Positions 62,413 to 64,000 of a DNA stretch of 64,000 bases are shown here, piece after piece. Position 1 is the first letter of the stretch. Every line of letters starts with the position of its first letter. The notes beneath the pieces were generated by a model. The model saw only the letters and a program-made list of their open reading frames with translations. It was not told where the DNA came from and ran no database searches. The stretch is taken from the NCBI RefSeq assembly GCF_026571515.1, contig NW_026859993.1, positions 62,001 to 126,000 on the forward strand. The letters are read 5' to 3'. Origin of the DNA: Ruditapes philippinarum. Its lineage: Eukaryota. Position numbers and translations under genes: made by a program.

Positions 62413-64000
62413 TCTGGTAATATTTGTAAATAATGTATCTAAACAAAATAAGTTCGTGTTTAAAATCTCTTTTTTCTCACAATAGCGCTACTGTAAGTTG
62501 CTGAAGATGGATCTCTATTTAAACGTAAAGGAATTTCATTGTATTTTTATTGATATCTTCAAGTGAGGCTTAATGTATTTATCTATTTAATGATTTATTT
62601 TCCCGATGGTGTCGAATGATGAATTGTTTTTAAAAATCTAACTTAACAAATGTCATTCATCCGTATTAATACGTCAATAGCATAAAAAAGTCATTATTGA
62701 TTTTAGCTGTTAGAGTAAATGATGAGGTCAAACCCCTTTGTATAGAAACCAACATTTTTATCTTTGAATTGATTTCTCTTTTTGATCTGTATTATGTTTA
62801 CTAATTATACCGTTCATAATATATTAATGGCAAATCTATTTTTTTGGTCACGTTTTGGCTTTCATTATGCTCAAAACAAAGCCTTTCATAGCGACTTTAA
62901 ACATTAAACAACTAAACATTTGCTTATTCCCCCTTTAAAACCATTAAATTTAAACAAAAATTTTTTATCTTAGAATTTTAACAGCAACAGTAAAACATGT
63001 TAATAGGACTAATTTTAGTTTGGTAAAAAAGGTGTTATAGACTTTTTTGGGGAAAATTTAGAAAGGCTTGTATGCATGGAACCGTCATCGATTTAACATG
63101 AAGGAATATATTCAATACTATACATTAGCCACATCTTCCATGAATCATAGTCTTGTTAATAACATTTAAATTATGTTGTAATTAAATAAACGATTTTGTA
63201 ACTCATTCTGTTGCAACATTTTCAAAGAAAGGTAAATATAGTCATGCTGTTCATAACATTATTCTGTCTTGTCAATTAGTTATGAAAATAATAAAGACTT
63301 CATTAATTAACTCTGTATTTCATGTTTATATAAATAGAGTGTTTTATAAACATAGTTCTCAATTATCCATTGCTGATCGGAAAATATAGCTTAAATGGAT
63401 TTTGGGTATTCTTTAGAAATTCTGTTTTTTCCTCTATCTCTATGTTAAAATAATAATGACAAAAGTGTGATTTGTTTTGTAGTTTAATATTTATCTCTTA
63501 TAAATATTACATTCACATAAAAAAATGATTTTAAAAAAGTTAAACGACATAGGTTTTACTTTATAGCTTATATGTATCATAAACGTCCCATACAAAATGA
63601 GATTATTGATTATAATACAAGATCCAAACAGTGTTCAATGAGTGCATGAAACCCGACTCAAAATGCATTTTTTTTTAATTTCCATCATTTTTTATTTAGT
63701 AGTGAGCCATTGGTTATGATGTGATATTCACCGGAAGAATTGTCAACTGACTGAGGCGATAGCTACCCGCAGTGATTATGCTGAGCAAGCGTTCGCTTAA
63801 CAACCGTTTGGACCATTTACATCATATAATAATGGTCAATTTGTATCAACACTTGACTATAAATGAAACCATATTCTGTTAAATACATGTTTAAAATTGA
63901 TAGTTTTACGAGATAGATGGAATCAAAAACCTTATTATGAGAAAATCAAAATTAGCCAGTTGAACATCTTTGAAAATATGCTAGAATATGCATTCATTGA

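Overview
AT-rich eukaryotic genomic DNA, most likely a bivalve mollusc (inferred from the V-domain SINEs, Helentron-like and MITE families and the intronless nAChR-like expansion). It contains (1) a complete 14-exon GALNS (N-acetylgalactosamine-6-sulfatase) gene on + (18006-37865; 519 aa, all introns GT-AG), and (2) a head-to-tail cluster on - (44.5-62.4 kb) of Cys-loop receptor genes with intronless coding regions: two intact copies, two disrupted full-length copies and one fragment. These subunits keep a cation-type pore but lack the aromatic acetylcholine-binding residues and the loop C cysteines, and they differ mainly in the ligand-binding loops. This is the best candidate novel system: a chemosensory-type array analogous to cephalopod chemotactile receptors. 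The rest is repeat-rich: decayed LINEs, SINEs, MITEs, a multi-layer TE nest with a 3.1-kb four-variant minisatellite, a solo-LTR/Ginger-like insert carrying a V-SINE, a 52-bp TIR-only element and a minimal hammerhead-ribozyme candidate. All calls are by eye; no searches were run.
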